Shown piece by piece: positions 8,073-17,729 of a stretch of DNA of 35,407 nt (position 1 is its first letter; the number at the start of each line of letters is the position of its first letter). The position numbers and the translations under genes were made by a program. The notes beneath the pieces are model-generated. The model saw nothing but the letters and a program-made list of their open reading frames with translations, searched no databases and was not told where the DNA came from. The stretch spans positions 1 to 35,407 of the IMG/VR virus record IMGVR_UViG_3300031820_000096, one strand, 5' to 3'. The stretch is from a virus (taxonomy: Duplodnaviria > Caudoviricetes).

Positions 8073-8864
8073 ATGCCTGATCCGACGCCTTCCGCAACCG
8101 ACGAACTGGTCAACCGGCTCGCAGCGGAGATTCGCAAGCCTGCCGCGCCGCCCGCTCCTCCCGCCCCCTCCCGCGACGATCTGATGAAGCGCCTCGACGA
8201 CGCCGGAGCGAAGGGCGCGGGCAAATACACCGAGGAACTCGTCTCCACCGTCCTGATGCCGATGCAGGGGCAGAACATCCGCGCCGCCGCGCAACTGAAC
8301 CGGCGCATCGCCGAGAAGGACCCGGACGTCGGCCGCCTCTACAAGCGTTACCGCGACAAGGTGGAGGCCCGCGCGACCGAACTCGGCGGCGACATCTACA
8401 TCGCCGAGAAGGGACTCGAATCGGTCATCCGCAGCGTCGCCAGCGAAGACCCGGCCTACATCGACGAGATCGCCGATGCCCGGGTCGCCGAGAAGATCGC
8501 CGCCCGCGACGCCGCCGCAGCCGCCGAAGCAGCGAAGAAGGCCGCCGAGGCTGCCGCCGCCGCCCCGGCCCGCCGCCCGCCGACCGAGACGATTCACACC
8601 GGCGTCGTTGGCGCCCCCGCAGCCGCAGCCCCCTCCGAGGAAGAGGCCATCCGCGCCATCGAGATCAGCGACGAGGACGCCGCTCTCGCCAAGACCATTT
8701 TCAGGATGACCCCGACCGACGTGAAGCGGCAGCGCCATGAGATCGCCAAGATGGAGCGCAAGTACGGCCCCATCGGCATCAAGAACCTTGGCGGTGTGCC
8801 CATCTGCGAACTCCGCGACATGAAGACCGGCAGCGGAGCCCCTTACCCGGTGGAGGAGGACTGA
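8073..8864 (+). CDS. Putative capsid scaffolding protein
   Basis: Ala/Glu/Lys-rich helical protein with Pro-rich linkers, between portal and capsid genes. Confidence 0.6.
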   Translation: MPDPTPSATDELVNRLAAEIRKPAAPPAPPAPSRDDLMKRLDDAGAKGAGKYTEELVSTVLMPMQGQNIRAAAQLNRRIAEKDPDVGRLYKRYRDKVEARATELGGDIYIAEKGLESVIRSVASEDPAYIDEIADARVAEKIAARDAAAAAEAAKKAAEAAAAAPARRPPTETIHTGVVGAPAAAAPSEEEAIRAIEISDEDAALAKTIFRMTPTDVKRQRHEIAKMERKYGPIGIKNLGGVPICELRDMKTGSGAPYPVEED

Positions 8865-8865
8865 A

Positions 8866-9450
8866 ATGGACACGACGAAACCTGCACCGGCCTCGGCGCG
8901 TCCCACCACGGTCCCCTCCCCGGCCGCCGCCGAGCCCGAGCCCACGCCTGTCGTCCGCGCCCCGAAGGAAGAGGCGCTCCCGCCCTACTGGGACTCCGGC
9001 CCGACCGAACTCATGGGCCGGGTCGAGAACCTCGACCCCGACCTGCGCTTCTACTGGGTCAAGGTCTCGGCGCACAACCAGCAACTCAAGCGGTATCAGG
9101 GCTGGGAGCCGGTCGAGTTCAACCGCAACGACCCGGCGTCGATGGCGCTGCTCGCCCGCTACGGCTTCGACGAGATCCTGCTCAACGCCAAGGGCCGCAT
9201 TCAGTGGATGGACACGGAACTCTGGGCGATGCCCAAGCGGCGCAACGAGGCCATCCGCGCCCAGATCAACCAGCGGCTCACCCGGCGCTCCGCCTCCGTC
9301 CGCGCCACGCTCGATGCGCTCGCCGAGGACACCAAGGGGCGCTCGCGCAACCGCGTCATTCCGTTCGTCACGTCGGGGACCCCCGGCGAGGACGTCTTCG
9401 ACCGAACCCAAATCACCGAATCCGCCGCCGCATCCGGCAAGGCGAAGTAA
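8866..9450 (+). CDS. Head-region hypothetical protein
   Basis: GGAGGAGG RBS; RFYWV...QGWEPV pattern seen in phage genes just upstream of capsid genes. Confidence 0.7.
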   Translation: MDTTKPAPASARPTTVPSPAAAEPEPTPVVRAPKEEALPPYWDSGPTELMGRVENLDPDLRFYWVKVSAHNQQLKRYQGWEPVEFNRNDPASMALLARYGFDEILLNAKGRIQWMDTELWAMPKRRNEAIRAQINQRLTRRSASVRATLDALAEDTKGRSRNRVIPFVTSGTPGEDVFDRTQITESAAASGKAK

Positions 9451-9462
9451 CAGGAGCCGTCG

Positions 9463-9987
9463 ATGGCCTACAAGCCCGTTTCCGTCGAGTATGTGCCGCA
9501 GTATCGGGGCGACGAGGGCCTCGTCCTGCACTTCGTCCCGACCGCGGCCGAGACCTTCCTCAAGGGCGACCTGCTGAAGATCACCTCCGGCAAGGTGCTG
9601 GTCGCCGTCACCGCGACCGCCGGGGTGCATCTCGGGTTCGCCATGAACGACGCCCAGACCATCGCCACGCCCGGGACCGCCGCCGTGCTGCGCTCCTACG
9701 TCTCCGTCCAGGTCATCCGGGTGAACGATCTCTGGGTCGGGCTGCTCGGCGCCTCCGAGACCTACGCCGACACCGACGCCCTCGGAACCTCCTACGACAT
9801 CATCAAGGTCGCCTCGGGCAACTGGCGGCCCTCGAAGGCGTCGGCGGCGGCCTGCCTCAAGTTGACCGCCTCTGCCGAGGTCACGTCCGGCGTCACCAAC
9901 ACGGGTCCCGCCGCGAACTACACCGCGGGCGGCCCGGTCTACTTCAAGTTCCTCTCCGCCGCCACCACGACGGCCTGGAACCTCTAG
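9463..9987 (+). CDS. Putative capsid cement/decoration protein
   Basis: AGGAG RBS; Thr/Ala-rich beta protein with FLKGDLL, immediately before the MCP. Confidence 0.55.
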   Translation: MAYKPVSVEYVPQYRGDEGLVLHFVPTAAETFLKGDLLKITSGKVLVAVTATAGVHLGFAMNDAQTIATPGTAAVLRSYVSVQVIRVNDLWVGLLGASETYADTDALGTSYDIIKVASGNWRPSKASAAACLKLTASAEVTSGVTNTGPAANYTAGGPVYFKFLSAATTTAWNL

Positions 9988-9996
9988 GAGCCCCCG

Positions 9997-10905
9997 ATGG
10001 CACTCACAACCTCGTCTGTATCGCCGCTGCTCGTCGAGGGCATCCGCAAGTTGGTCGGCGACGAGTTCCGGCGCTACCCGCTGGAATACCCCGACTACCT
10101 GAACACCTACACCTCGCGCAAGAACTTCGAGTTCGACCGTGAGGTCGTCGGTCTCGGCTCCCTGACCTTCAAGACCGAGGGCGGGGCGATCACCATGACC
10201 GACCCGGTGGTCGGCCGTGAGAAGCGGTACACGCACGCCGCCTTCGCGCTGGGCGTGCGGACGACCTGGGAGGCCGAGGACGACGAACTCTACGGCTTCA
10301 TCCGGCGGACGCTCTCCTCGCTCGGCAAGTCGGCCAACGAGACGCTCAACATCGAGGGTGCCGGGCTGTTCAACCGGATGGACTCCGGCGACACCACCCC
10401 CTTCACCGGCTTCGACACCTTGTCGCTGCTGAACGCTTCGCACACCCACCCGCTCGGCTCGACGATGGCCTACACCAGCAACAGGACCGCGGCGGACATC
10501 TCCGAATCGGTCCTCCAGTCGGCGCTGATCCAGTTCGAGAAGATCCAGGACGCCGCCGACAACCGCATCGACGTCGGGCGCCCGGCGAAGTTGATCATCA
10601 CCCCCGACCAGATGTTCTTGGTCCGGGAGATCCTGGAGTCCGAGGGCAAGCCGTTCACGGCCGACAATACGAAGAACGTCCTGAAGGGGATCATCACCCC
10701 GGTCGTGCTCCACTTCGGCATCACCGGGCTCGGCCGCTGGCTGATCCAGGCCGAGCAGCACGACTGCAACTTCTTCATGCGGACGGCGCCGGTCCTCGAC
10801 TCCTACGACGACAAGTCCACCAAGTCGCAGGTGAACACCATCGCGACGCGGTTCGCGCTCGGGTTCGGTGACTGGCGGTCGGTCTACGGAAGCCCGGGGG
10901 TCTAG
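9997..10905 (+). CDS. Major capsid protein (Mu gpT-like HK97 fold)
   Basis: 302 aa; KTEGGAI, PAKLIITPD and C-terminal RFALGFGDWRSVYGSPG typical of this MCP group. Confidence 0.85.
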   Translation: MALTTSSVSPLLVEGIRKLVGDEFRRYPLEYPDYLNTYTSRKNFEFDREVVGLGSLTFKTEGGAITMTDPVVGREKRYTHAAFALGVRTTWEAEDDELYGFIRRTLSSLGKSANETLNIEGAGLFNRMDSGDTTPFTGFDTLSLLNASHTHPLGSTMAYTSNRTAADISESVLQSALIQFEKIQDAADNRIDVGRPAKLIITPDQMFLVREILESEGKPFTADNTKNVLKGIITPVVLHFGITGLGRWLIQAEQHDCNFFMRTAPVLDSYDDKSTKSQVNTIATRFALGFGDWRSVYGSPGV

Positions 10906-10950
10906 CAACCCCTGGCCTGTACCCCCCGGACCTCGGGCGTGGAGGGCTAG

Positions 10951-11892
10951 ATGGCTCGAACGCATGGCGGCATCCTGACGCCGATTCCCAGCGGCACCAG
11001 CACGCGGGTCTACGGCCAGACGATGGTGGGCAATTACGTCACCATCGCACTGGTTTCGCAGATCGACACCCCGCTCTCGACGACCCAGACGGTCTGCCGC
11101 TTCCCCTTCCGGCAGCCGTTTCGGGCCTCCAGTGTCTCCATCGACAGTTGGGGGGCGAACATCAACGCTTGGGACCTGCGGCACGCCGATGCCACGTCTC
11201 TGATCGTCACCTCCGGTTTCGCCTCCGTCGGCAGCACGCCGCGCCGCATCAATACCACGACCTTGCAGCAGACGCGGCGCAACTTCGCAATGGGCGACAG
11301 CCTGGATCTGATCATCCAGACGACTGCTGGCGGCACCAACCCGGCGGGGCAGTTCATGGCCTGGGTCACGGGCTACTTCACCGACCATGTCACGATTGCG
11401 TCGCCCTTCGCCGAAAGCGGGCAGAGCAAGAAGTCCGGCCCCGTGGCGGGCTACTATGATCTGCTCTACTTCCAAGGCACGGACATCGTCCAGGCGGGCG
11501 GCACCAACGGCACCGGGCGGCTCACTCTGCCCTACAACTGTCGCGCCGAGGCGATCTGCTACGACCTGCGCGGGCACACCGAGACAACCGGCACGATTCT
11601 CGGCTCGGTGGACTACTTCGACCCCCTACAGGCCGCTTTCGTGGATTTCACCCAACTCCTCGACATCGACGTGAACGAACAGATATTGGTGGATCGGGAC
11701 TCGGCCCCGCCGATGGACGGCATCGCGCCCAACTCCCCGATTGGGCTGCTTCAGGACGGTCAGGTGCGGATCTCCATCGGCCAAACCGGAGCCGCCGACA
11801 TCGTTCCCATCGCCGCTTTTTCCGCCTATCTGTTGGTCTGGGTCACAGGGCATGTCCGTAACAGCGCGACCGAAGCGACCGTGGAGGACTAG
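10951..11892 (+). CDS. Virion structural protein with two internally repeated beta-rich domains
   Basis: Directly after the MCP; halves end in similar motifs AWVTGYFTDHV and VWVTGHV. Confidence 0.6.
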   Translation: MARTHGGILTPIPSGTSTRVYGQTMVGNYVTIALVSQIDTPLSTTQTVCRFPFRQPFRASSVSIDSWGANINAWDLRHADATSLIVTSGFASVGSTPRRINTTTLQQTRRNFAMGDSLDLIIQTTAGGTNPAGQFMAWVTGYFTDHVTIASPFAESGQSKKSGPVAGYYDLLYFQGTDIVQAGGTNGTGRLTLPYNCRAEAICYDLRGHTETTGTILGSVDYFDPLQAAFVDFTQLLDIDVNEQILVDRDSAPPMDGIAPNSPIGLLQDGQVRISIGQTGAADIVPIAAFSAYLLVWVTGHVRNSATEATVED

Positions 11893-12363
11893 ATGGGCCG
11901 CAGCAGCGTGGTAGGTCCGGCGCTTGGAGGCTGCATCGTCATCCCCCTGTTTCAGAAGCGGCTCTCCGTAGCCGGGCCGCGTGACGAGGCGGAGGCAGGC
12001 ACCGACACGGCACTCCGAGTGATCAGTATTCTCGGCAGCGTGCTCGGTACACCGGGCACCTCTACCGCGACTGTCACTGCCACCGGGACTGCGCTCCATG
12101 CGGGCTTCACCACGGTCAACCGCTATACTGTCGCCGCAGAGGCGAAGACGTTTTCTGGCATGGCGACGGGCCAGGCGTTCATCAACCCCACCGCGCGTGA
12201 CCTGGCCCGCAGCGCGTCCGGCGCCGCCCCGACGAGTCGTCTGCGTCTGAGCATCGCCACTGCCGGGGCTGTGATGGGGACCTACATGGCGTGGGTGGTC
12301 TGCGCTGTGCAGTCGCACCGTTACGATGCCACGCTCAATCCGTCCATTTCGGCGAAGGACTGA
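11893..12363 (+). CDS. Virion structural protein, probable paralog of the preceding domains
   Basis: GGAGG RBS; ends in YMAWVVCAVQSH. Confidence 0.55.
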   Translation: MGRSSVVGPALGGCIVIPLFQKRLSVAGPRDEAEAGTDTALRVISILGSVLGTPGTSTATVTATGTALHAGFTTVNRYTVAAEAKTFSGMATGQAFINPTARDLARSASGAAPTSRLRLSIATAGAVMGTYMAWVVCAVQSHRYDATLNPSISAKD

Positions 12364-12412
12364 CGGGATGGTCTCGACCGGCAGTCTCGGGCCGCTGACG
12401 CTAGGAGGTCGC

Positions 12413-12538
12413 ATGAAGAAGAAGACGAAGGGCAAGCCCCCGGAAAAGGGTGGCGAGAAGGCGCGGGTCAAGACGAAGAGCATGAAGCCGAAGGGCGGCC
12501 AGCGAACCCGCGGCGACCGCTACGGCCTGACGATCTGA
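12413..12538 (+). CDS. Small Lys-rich protein (41 aa)
   Basis: AGGAGG RBS; MKKKTKGKPPEKGGEK... Confidence 0.6.
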   Translation: MKKKTKGKPPEKGGEKARVKTKSMKPKGGQRTRGDRYGLTI

Positions 12539-12545
12539 GGCGGCG

Positions 12546-12698
12546 ATGCGCGCCATGAAGAAACGAGCGATGGCGAAGAAGGGCGGCGGGAAATCCCGCC
12601 TGACGCCCTCCGTCAAGACGAAACTCGACCGCGACACGGCCAAGGAGTTCCATTTCAGCCGCCTCGGCAAGTCGTCGCGCTACGGGAAGCCGATCTAG
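12546..12698 (+). CDS. Small basic protein (50 aa)
   Basis: GAGG RBS; MRAMKKRAMAKKGGGKSRLTPSVKTKLDRD...; fills the gap to 12708. Confidence 0.55.
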   Translation: MRAMKKRAMAKKGGGKSRLTPSVKTKLDRDTAKEFHFSRLGKSSRYGKPI

Positions 12699-12707
12699 GA
12701 GGACGAC

Positions 12708-13049
12708 ATGGCCGACGGCCCCTACGGCGAACGGACGATCTTCATCGACCTCAACTCGCCCATCACCGCCCGGGTGATCAAGGACGCCACCAAGGGCGAG
12801 TGGGTGAAGTTCTCGGCGATCCATATCGCCGGGACCGGCCCGGCGACGGCCGCGAACGGCCCGATCATCCTGCGGAAAGAGTCGGCGTCCGGTCCCATCG
12901 TCTTCCAGTTCATCCCGACCGCGGCCAGCCAGACGGTCACGGAAGACAAGGAATGGTCGGAGAAGGTGCCGATCCACAAGGGCCTCTACATGGACGCGAT
13001 GACGACGGGCTGGGTCGCCGGGTCCTGCATGACCATCGACACGGCCTAG
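12708..13049 (+). CDS. Hypothetical virion protein
   Basis: AGGAGG RBS, beta-rich 113 aa. Confidence 0.7.
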   Translation: MADGPYGERTIFIDLNSPITARVIKDATKGEWVKFSAIHIAGTGPATAANGPIILRKESASGPIVFQFIPTAASQTVTEDKEWSEKVPIHKGLYMDAMTTGWVAGSCMTIDTA

Positions 13050-13059
13050 CGGGGGCAGC

Positions 13060-13311
13060 ATGGACGATCCCGCCATCGGCCGCCGCGAATACGGCCGCTT
13101 CAACCAGCGCAGCCGCCACTACCACTGTGACATCTGCGACCGGGTGGTCCGCATGGATCAGACCATCATCCCCGATCCGCCGCATCCGAAGGCCGGGCTG
13201 CGCGTCTGCCTGACCTCCGGTGGCTTTCAGGGCTGCTACGATGAGCCGGACTACGCCATGAACGTCGCGCTGCGCCCCCCGCTGCCCTCGACGACGGAGA
13301 ACCTCCCATGA
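13060..13311 (+). CDS. Small Zn-binding-like protein
   Basis: CDIC...GLRVC...CYD pattern, in the head-tail region. Confidence 0.65.
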   Translation: MDDPAIGRREYGRFNQRSRHYHCDICDRVVRMDQTIIPDPPHPKAGLRVCLTSGGFQGCYDEPDYAMNVALRPPLPSTTENLP

Positions 13312-13673
13312 GCGTCACCCAGATGCGCCGTCTTGCCTGCAACAAGGGGCCGACGCCTGCGAACATCGTGCTGGGCGGCAACTGGGGGGTTGGAGCGGCG
13401 CTGAGTATCACCGCAGGCAGCAACGACCAGCGGGGGTCCTTCGTCGTCAGCGTCGGCTCGGCGCCCGGCGTCGGCCCGGAATGGCAGATCATCTTCCGCG
13501 ATGATGCCTGGCCGAATGCGCCCTTCGCTGTGGTCACCGTTGCCGATCTCGGCGCGGTTGCGCTGCTTTCGCCTCCTATTTGGACGGCGACGCCGACCAC
13601 GCTGACTGCCATCCAGGGAGGCACACCGCCCGCGGGCGCGTCGCTGTTCTATTCGTATATAGTGATGGGATGA
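13308..13673 (+). CDS. Hypothetical virion protein
   Basis: ATGA overlaps on both sides; Gly/Ala/Thr-rich beta protein. Confidence 0.65.
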   Translation: MSVTQMRRLACNKGPTPANIVLGGNWGVGAALSITAGSNDQRGSFVVSVGSAPGVGPEWQIIFRDDAWPNAPFAVVTVADLGAVALLSPPIWTATPTTLTAIQGGTPPAGASLFYSYIVMG

Positions 13674-14323
13674 ACCGCACGACGCTGCGCTCCGACCTGC
13701 TGTATCGGCTCGGCAACCGTCCCGAGTTGACGACGACCCAACTCGACGGCTGGCTCGACAACGGCCTGCTCGACCTGACGACGAAGCGGGTGCATCTGCG
13801 GTCCCTGGAGACGCTCGCCGCGCCTTTCAACACGGCCGCCAACGACGTCTCCGCGGCGCTCCCGGCGGGCGCCTTCTCTCTGATCGAGGTCGAGGACTTG
13901 ACGTCGAAGTTCGTCCTCTCCCGCTTCCCCGGCGAGTGGCGGGAGTACCTCTGGGCGCGGCAGAACGCCTCCCCCGGCCACCCCGTCTACTACATCGAGT
14001 TCGGTGGCAGCCGCTACTGGTATCCCAAGGTGGACGGCATCTACTCCATCCAGGACTACTACTATGCCCGGCCGACCTTCGGCCCGAACGGCGCCGACTC
14101 CCCGCTGATCGAGGTCGAGTGGCACTATGCCATCGAATTGGTCGCCGCCATCCACGGCTTCCGGGACCTCGGCGACGTCGAGCGCGCGGCCACCGCCGAG
14201 CAGGAGTTCCAGGCGTGGCTCTCGCAGCGTGACACACCGCTGCGCCGGACCCGCCGGACGGCCGTGACGCCGCATGGCATCCGGCCGCACCCGGCCTCGC
14301 GCAACTCGCGGACGGGGGTGTAG
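13670..14323 (+). CDS. Putative head-tail adaptor / tail tubular protein A
   Basis: N-terminal helix MNRTTLRSDLLYRLG, GHPVYY, YWYPKVD, C-terminal helical bundle; position. Confidence 0.65.
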   Translation: MNRTTLRSDLLYRLGNRPELTTTQLDGWLDNGLLDLTTKRVHLRSLETLAAPFNTAANDVSAALPAGAFSLIEVEDLTSKFVLSRFPGEWREYLWARQNASPGHPVYYIEFGGSRYWYPKVDGIYSIQDYYYARPTFGPNGADSPLIEVEWHYAIELVAAIHGFRDLGDVERAATAEQEFQAWLSQRDTPLRRTRRTAVTPHGIRPHPASRNSRTGV

Positions 14324-14325
14324 CG

Positions 14326-15090
14326 ATGAGCACCCGAGCCTGGAACGCGGGCGACGCCGCCGGAACCGACGCCGCCAACACCATCGACGACGCCATCCGC
14401 CGGGTGCGGCAGGATCTCCTCGAACGGGAGATGCAGGGCGGCAGGAAGTTCGTCGGGACCGCCCCGCCCGCGCCCGGCGTCACCGAGAACAACGACGGGA
14501 AGGCGTGCATCGGCATCGAGACGCAGACCTTCCAGACCGACGCGGGCTACCTGACCCTCGCCTGGGACAACGCCGGGACGGCGAAGAAGATGCGGATCTA
14601 TGGCGGCAGCCATGCGACGCAGGCGAATCAGACGGAGATCCCCGGGGATCTCGTCGATTCCAGCGGCAACCTGATCACCAAGTCGGGAAAGGCGGTGGGC
14701 GCGCTGCTCCGGGCGGTCATCGGCGACCCTGCTCCCGCTGCCTCGGCCTATCTCAAGCGCGTCGTCTACAAGGTGCCGTCGTTCACCGGCGCCCCGGCGC
14801 GGACGCTCCAGAAACTCCTCGTCGTCGTCGGCACGAAGCCGGTCGGGGCCGATCTCGTCGTCACCGTGCGGAAACTCGCGGCCCCGGCGGTCGGCGTGGA
14901 CCGCTTCATCGACGGCTCCTCGACGCAGATCGGCACCGTGACGCTGACGGCGGCCTCCAGCAACTTCGCCGCCGAAACGACCGCCATCGCCGCGGCGCTC
15001 GCCACCGACGACGAGTTGGTCATCAAGTACGGCACGGTCGGCAGCTCGACCGCCGCCGCCGACGTCACCGTCATCCTCCAGATCGAGTAG
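14326..15090 (+). CDS. Putative tail/fibre-associated protein
   Basis: N-terminal IDDAIRRVRQDL attachment-like helix; C-terminal beta-sandwich. Confidence 0.55.
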   Translation: MSTRAWNAGDAAGTDAANTIDDAIRRVRQDLLEREMQGGRKFVGTAPPAPGVTENNDGKACIGIETQTFQTDAGYLTLAWDNAGTAKKMRIYGGSHATQANQTEIPGDLVDSSGNLITKSGKAVGALLRAVIGDPAPAASAYLKRVVYKVPSFTGAPARTLQKLLVVVGTKPVGADLVVTVRKLAAPAVGVDRFIDGSSTQIGTVTLTAASSNFAAETTAIAAALATDDELVIKYGTVGSSTAAADVTVILQIE

Positions 15091-15101
15091 CCGAGCCGCC
15101 G

Positions 15102-15608
15102 ATGCTGAACTACGAAATCCCCTCGTCCACCATCGTCAGCCCGGACACGACGCCGTTCAACTATGGCTCCGACCCCTGGAACAACCCGGGCAACTGCCGC
15201 GACGGCAACTCGGCCACCTACGCCGACGGCACCTACACGGTCGGCGGCACTCGCTCCTCGATGCGACTCCAGCCCGTGACCGGCCACGTCGGCCAGGGCA
15301 TCCTCACCGGGATCTGGCTGGACTACGAGATCACCGTCGGCGCGGGCGGCTTCTCCCACCTCGACGCCTACGTCCAGCGGGTCGCCGGGACGACGCTGAA
15401 CCACAACACCTTCAGCCTCTTCGGCAGCCGGACGCAGGAGGTACAGACGCTCAACGCAGGACCCGGCGGGTATCCAACCTGGGACACCTTCTATGTCACC
15501 TTCCGCCCGGAGGATGACCGCAGCGCCGGGAACATAACGACGGTGCGGATCTACGAGGTCCGCTTCCTCTACCGCGCCCGGGGCGAGGTCTCGACCGTCG
15601 ATGGCTGA
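15102..15608 (+). CDS. Hypothetical virion protein
   Basis: ATG at 15102 within ORF 14274-15608; Thr/Gly/Tyr-rich beta content. Confidence 0.6.
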   Translation: MLNYEIPSSTIVSPDTTPFNYGSDPWNNPGNCRDGNSATYADGTYTVGGTRSSMRLQPVTGHVGQGILTGIWLDYEITVGAGGFSHLDAYVQRVAGTTLNHNTFSLFGSRTQEVQTLNAGPGGYPTWDTFYVTFRPEDDRSAGNITTVRIYEVRFLYRARGEVSTVDG

Positions 15609-15882
15609 ATCGCCGAAACTCCCCGCCGTCGTGACCCTCCCGGCGCTGCCGAAGACGCCCGACGAGTGCCCCGCCTGGGCCGCGCGGCTGACGGTGACGC
15701 TGGTGCAGCACTTCCGGCGGGTCATCCAGGCGCTACCGGGGGCGGCGACGACCTCGGCGACCGTGACGCTCCTCGGCTTCGACAAGTTGAACGTCGCCGG
15801 GGGGCAGACGTCACTCCCGGCATCGGCAGTCGCCGCGTCGCCGCCGACTTTTCTGAGCGTTGTCAAGTGGACAGTCGAGTAG
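15601..15882 (+). CDS. Hypothetical protein
   Basis: Coupled ORF, GC3-rich. Confidence 0.55.
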   Translation: MAESPKLPAVVTLPALPKTPDECPAWAARLTVTLVQHFRRVIQALPGAATTSATVTLLGFDKLNVAGGQTSLPASAVAASPPTFLSVVKWTVE

Positions 15883-15893
15883 GGGGGTAGTCG

Positions 15894-16214
15894 ATGGCCG
15901 ACGTCCTCAAGTTGCTCTACGAAGGCCAGCCTGGCACGGGCGACACCCTCCTCTACACCGCCCCGGCGACGCCCACGGCCGTCCGCAACATCCACGTCTG
16001 CAATACGACCGGCTCGGCGGCGACCATCACGCTCGGCCTGAATGCAGGCGGGGCGCTCGGCGCGGCGAACCACTGGCTCTCGGCGTTCAGCATCGCCGCC
16101 TTCGGGACCTACGACTGGAGCGGGCTGGCGACGATCTCCGCGGCCGGGACGATCCGCGCCTTGCAGGGAACCGCCGGGGCCTTGACGGTCACGGCGAGCG
16201 GGGTAGAAACGTAG
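15894..16214 (+). CDS. Small virion beta-sandwich protein
   Basis: TLLYTAPAT...RNIHVCN...LTVTASGVE pattern common in phage structural clusters. Confidence 0.7.
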   Translation: MADVLKLLYEGQPGTGDTLLYTAPATPTAVRNIHVCNTTGSAATITLGLNAGGALGAANHWLSAFSIAAFGTYDWSGLATISAAGTIRALQGTAGALTVTASGVET

Positions 16215-16216
16215 CC

Positions 16217-16399
16217 ATGAGCGAGACCGTCCAACCCTATCAACCCGTGGTGGTTACAAGCGCGCCCGGCACCGCTCGGGTCGCCAGCGACGCCGACGGC
16301 CGCCCGGCGCTCCGCACAACCGACGCCGGGGTCGCCGACACGCTCGACGAGATCCGTCTACTCCTCGTCCGTGCGGTACAATTGCTAGAGGAGAAATAG
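16217..16399 (+). CDS. Hypothetical protein
   Basis: ATG 2 nt after the previous stop; ends LDEIRLLLVRAVQLLEEK. Confidence 0.55.
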   Translation: MSETVQPYQPVVVTSAPGTARVASDADGRPALRTTDAGVADTLDEIRLLLVRAVQLLEEK

Positions 16400-16400
16400 C

Positions 16401-17015
16401 ATGGCCGATGCGATTAAGTTGGGGGTGGGGCCGGATCTCGTCGCCGATGGCAGCGAAGTCCCGGCGCGGGCAGGCAAGACCGGCGAGGCTGTCGTCGCCC
16501 AGGCACATGGCCGCTATAACGAGGCCGCCTCGCGCAATCTTATCTTCTCGGCGGCGAACCAGGCCGCGCAGGCCGTCTCCGTCGCGCTCGCCACGACCTA
16601 CACCGGCATCCTCGTCTACAACCCGCCCGGCTCCGGCAAGTATCTCAGCATCCTGAAGGTCAAGTATGCGCTCTCCGTCGCCCCGGCGGCCATCGCGACC
16701 ATCGGTCTCCTCGGCGGCTGGGCGGCAACCGGCGGCGTCACGGCGCAGACGACCCCCCTGACCCGCCAGAACACCAACATCGGCAATACCGGCGCGGGCG
16801 TCGGCATCCCGCTCTCGGCGGCGACCATCGTGACGCCGACCTGGCTCTTCCAACTCTGGGACGGCTTCACCGCCGCCGCGCTCCCGGCGCCGCAGATGCC
16901 CGTCGATCTGGAGGGTCTCTTCACCGTCCAGCCCGGCGGCTTCATCGGCATCGGGGCGCTGACCGCCGTGACCGGCCTCGGCGCACTGGTCTGGGAAGAG
17001 ATCCCCATCGTTTAG
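16401..17015 (+). CDS. Hypothetical virion protein
   Basis: GAGGAG RBS; LVYNPPGSGK...WEE pattern. Confidence 0.7.
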   Translation: MADAIKLGVGPDLVADGSEVPARAGKTGEAVVAQAHGRYNEAASRNLIFSAANQAAQAVSVALATTYTGILVYNPPGSGKYLSILKVKYALSVAPAAIATIGLLGGWAATGGVTAQTTPLTRQNTNIGNTGAGVGIPLSAATIVTPTWLFQLWDGFTAAALPAPQMPVDLEGLFTVQPGGFIGIGALTAVTGLGALVWEEIPIV

Positions 17016-17034
17016 CAGGGAGGAGGAACGTCAT

Positions 17035-17379
17035 ATGCCCGGTCCCTACGTACGGCTCGGTTCGGTTGCGAGTGTCAACTCGACGCAGGACATCTCCCTG
17101 CCCGTCAGCGAGGCGTGCTTCGACAACGCCCGTTTCGTCGTCGATCTGACCTCCGGCACCGGCGTCCAGTCGTGGACCATCACCTTCAAGAAAACACTCG
17201 ACAGCGACGCGACAATCACGCTCGCTACGGCGGTCATCTCCGGGACCGGCGTGACGCACGCGACTCTGACCTCCCCGTTCGACGGCCAGAAGGTGCCGGT
17301 GCCGATCCCCGACACGATCACCCTGACGCGCGTGTCCGGCACGGCCTCCTTCGACTTCTATGCCTTCTATGGGGGATAG
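17035..17379 (+). CDS. Hypothetical virion protein
   Basis: GGAGGAGG RBS; beta-rich. Confidence 0.7.
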   Translation: MPGPYVRLGSVASVNSTQDISLPVSEACFDNARFVVDLTSGTGVQSWTITFKKTLDSDATITLATAVISGTGVTHATLTSPFDGQKVPVPIPDTITLTRVSGTASFDFYAFYGG

Positions 17380-17381
17380 CC

Positions 17382-17729
17382 GTGGTCGTCGCTCAGGACG
17401 GAACCGCGAACGCCTCCCTGACCGTAACGCTGCCGGGCGTCGCCGGACGGATGCACGCGATCCGCCGCATCCTGTTCTATCGCACGGCGGTCCTCGGCGT
17501 TGTCGGCAGTGCCGCCCTGGCGATCACGACGACGAACCTGCCCGCCTCCATCGGCTGGACGGCGGGTAACGCCATCGCCATCGGCGGGTCGATTACGGAT
17601 GTCGATGAGAGTTACGACGCCGGGGGCCTCGTCAGCACCGGCTACGGCACCGACACGACTTTCACGATGCCCGCGGCGGGGCTTGGTGTGACGTGGCACG
17701 CAGTAGTCTACTACGACGTGGTGACGTGA
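17382..17729 (+). CDS. Hypothetical virion protein
   Basis: GTG start after GGGGGA; Thr/Ala/Gly-rich; TGATG overlap with next gene. Confidence 0.6.
   Translation: MVVAQDGTANASLTVTLPGVAGRMHAIRRILFYRTAVLGVVGSAALAITTTNLPASIGWTAGNAIAIGGSITDVDESYDAGGLVSTGYGTDTTFTMPAAGLGVTWHAVVYYDVVT

Noticed and set aside
2059-11577. Long antisense ORFs (2059-4161, 5248-7443, 8779-11577 and similar)
   Set aside because: Stop-poor mirror frames of GC3-rich sense genes, with no recognisable motifs.
8866-12363. Five consecutive same-frame genes with several TAG stops, suggesting amber recoding
   Set aside because: Each gene has its own RBS, the MCP ends at its expected C-terminus, and no conserved gene contains an internal TAG.
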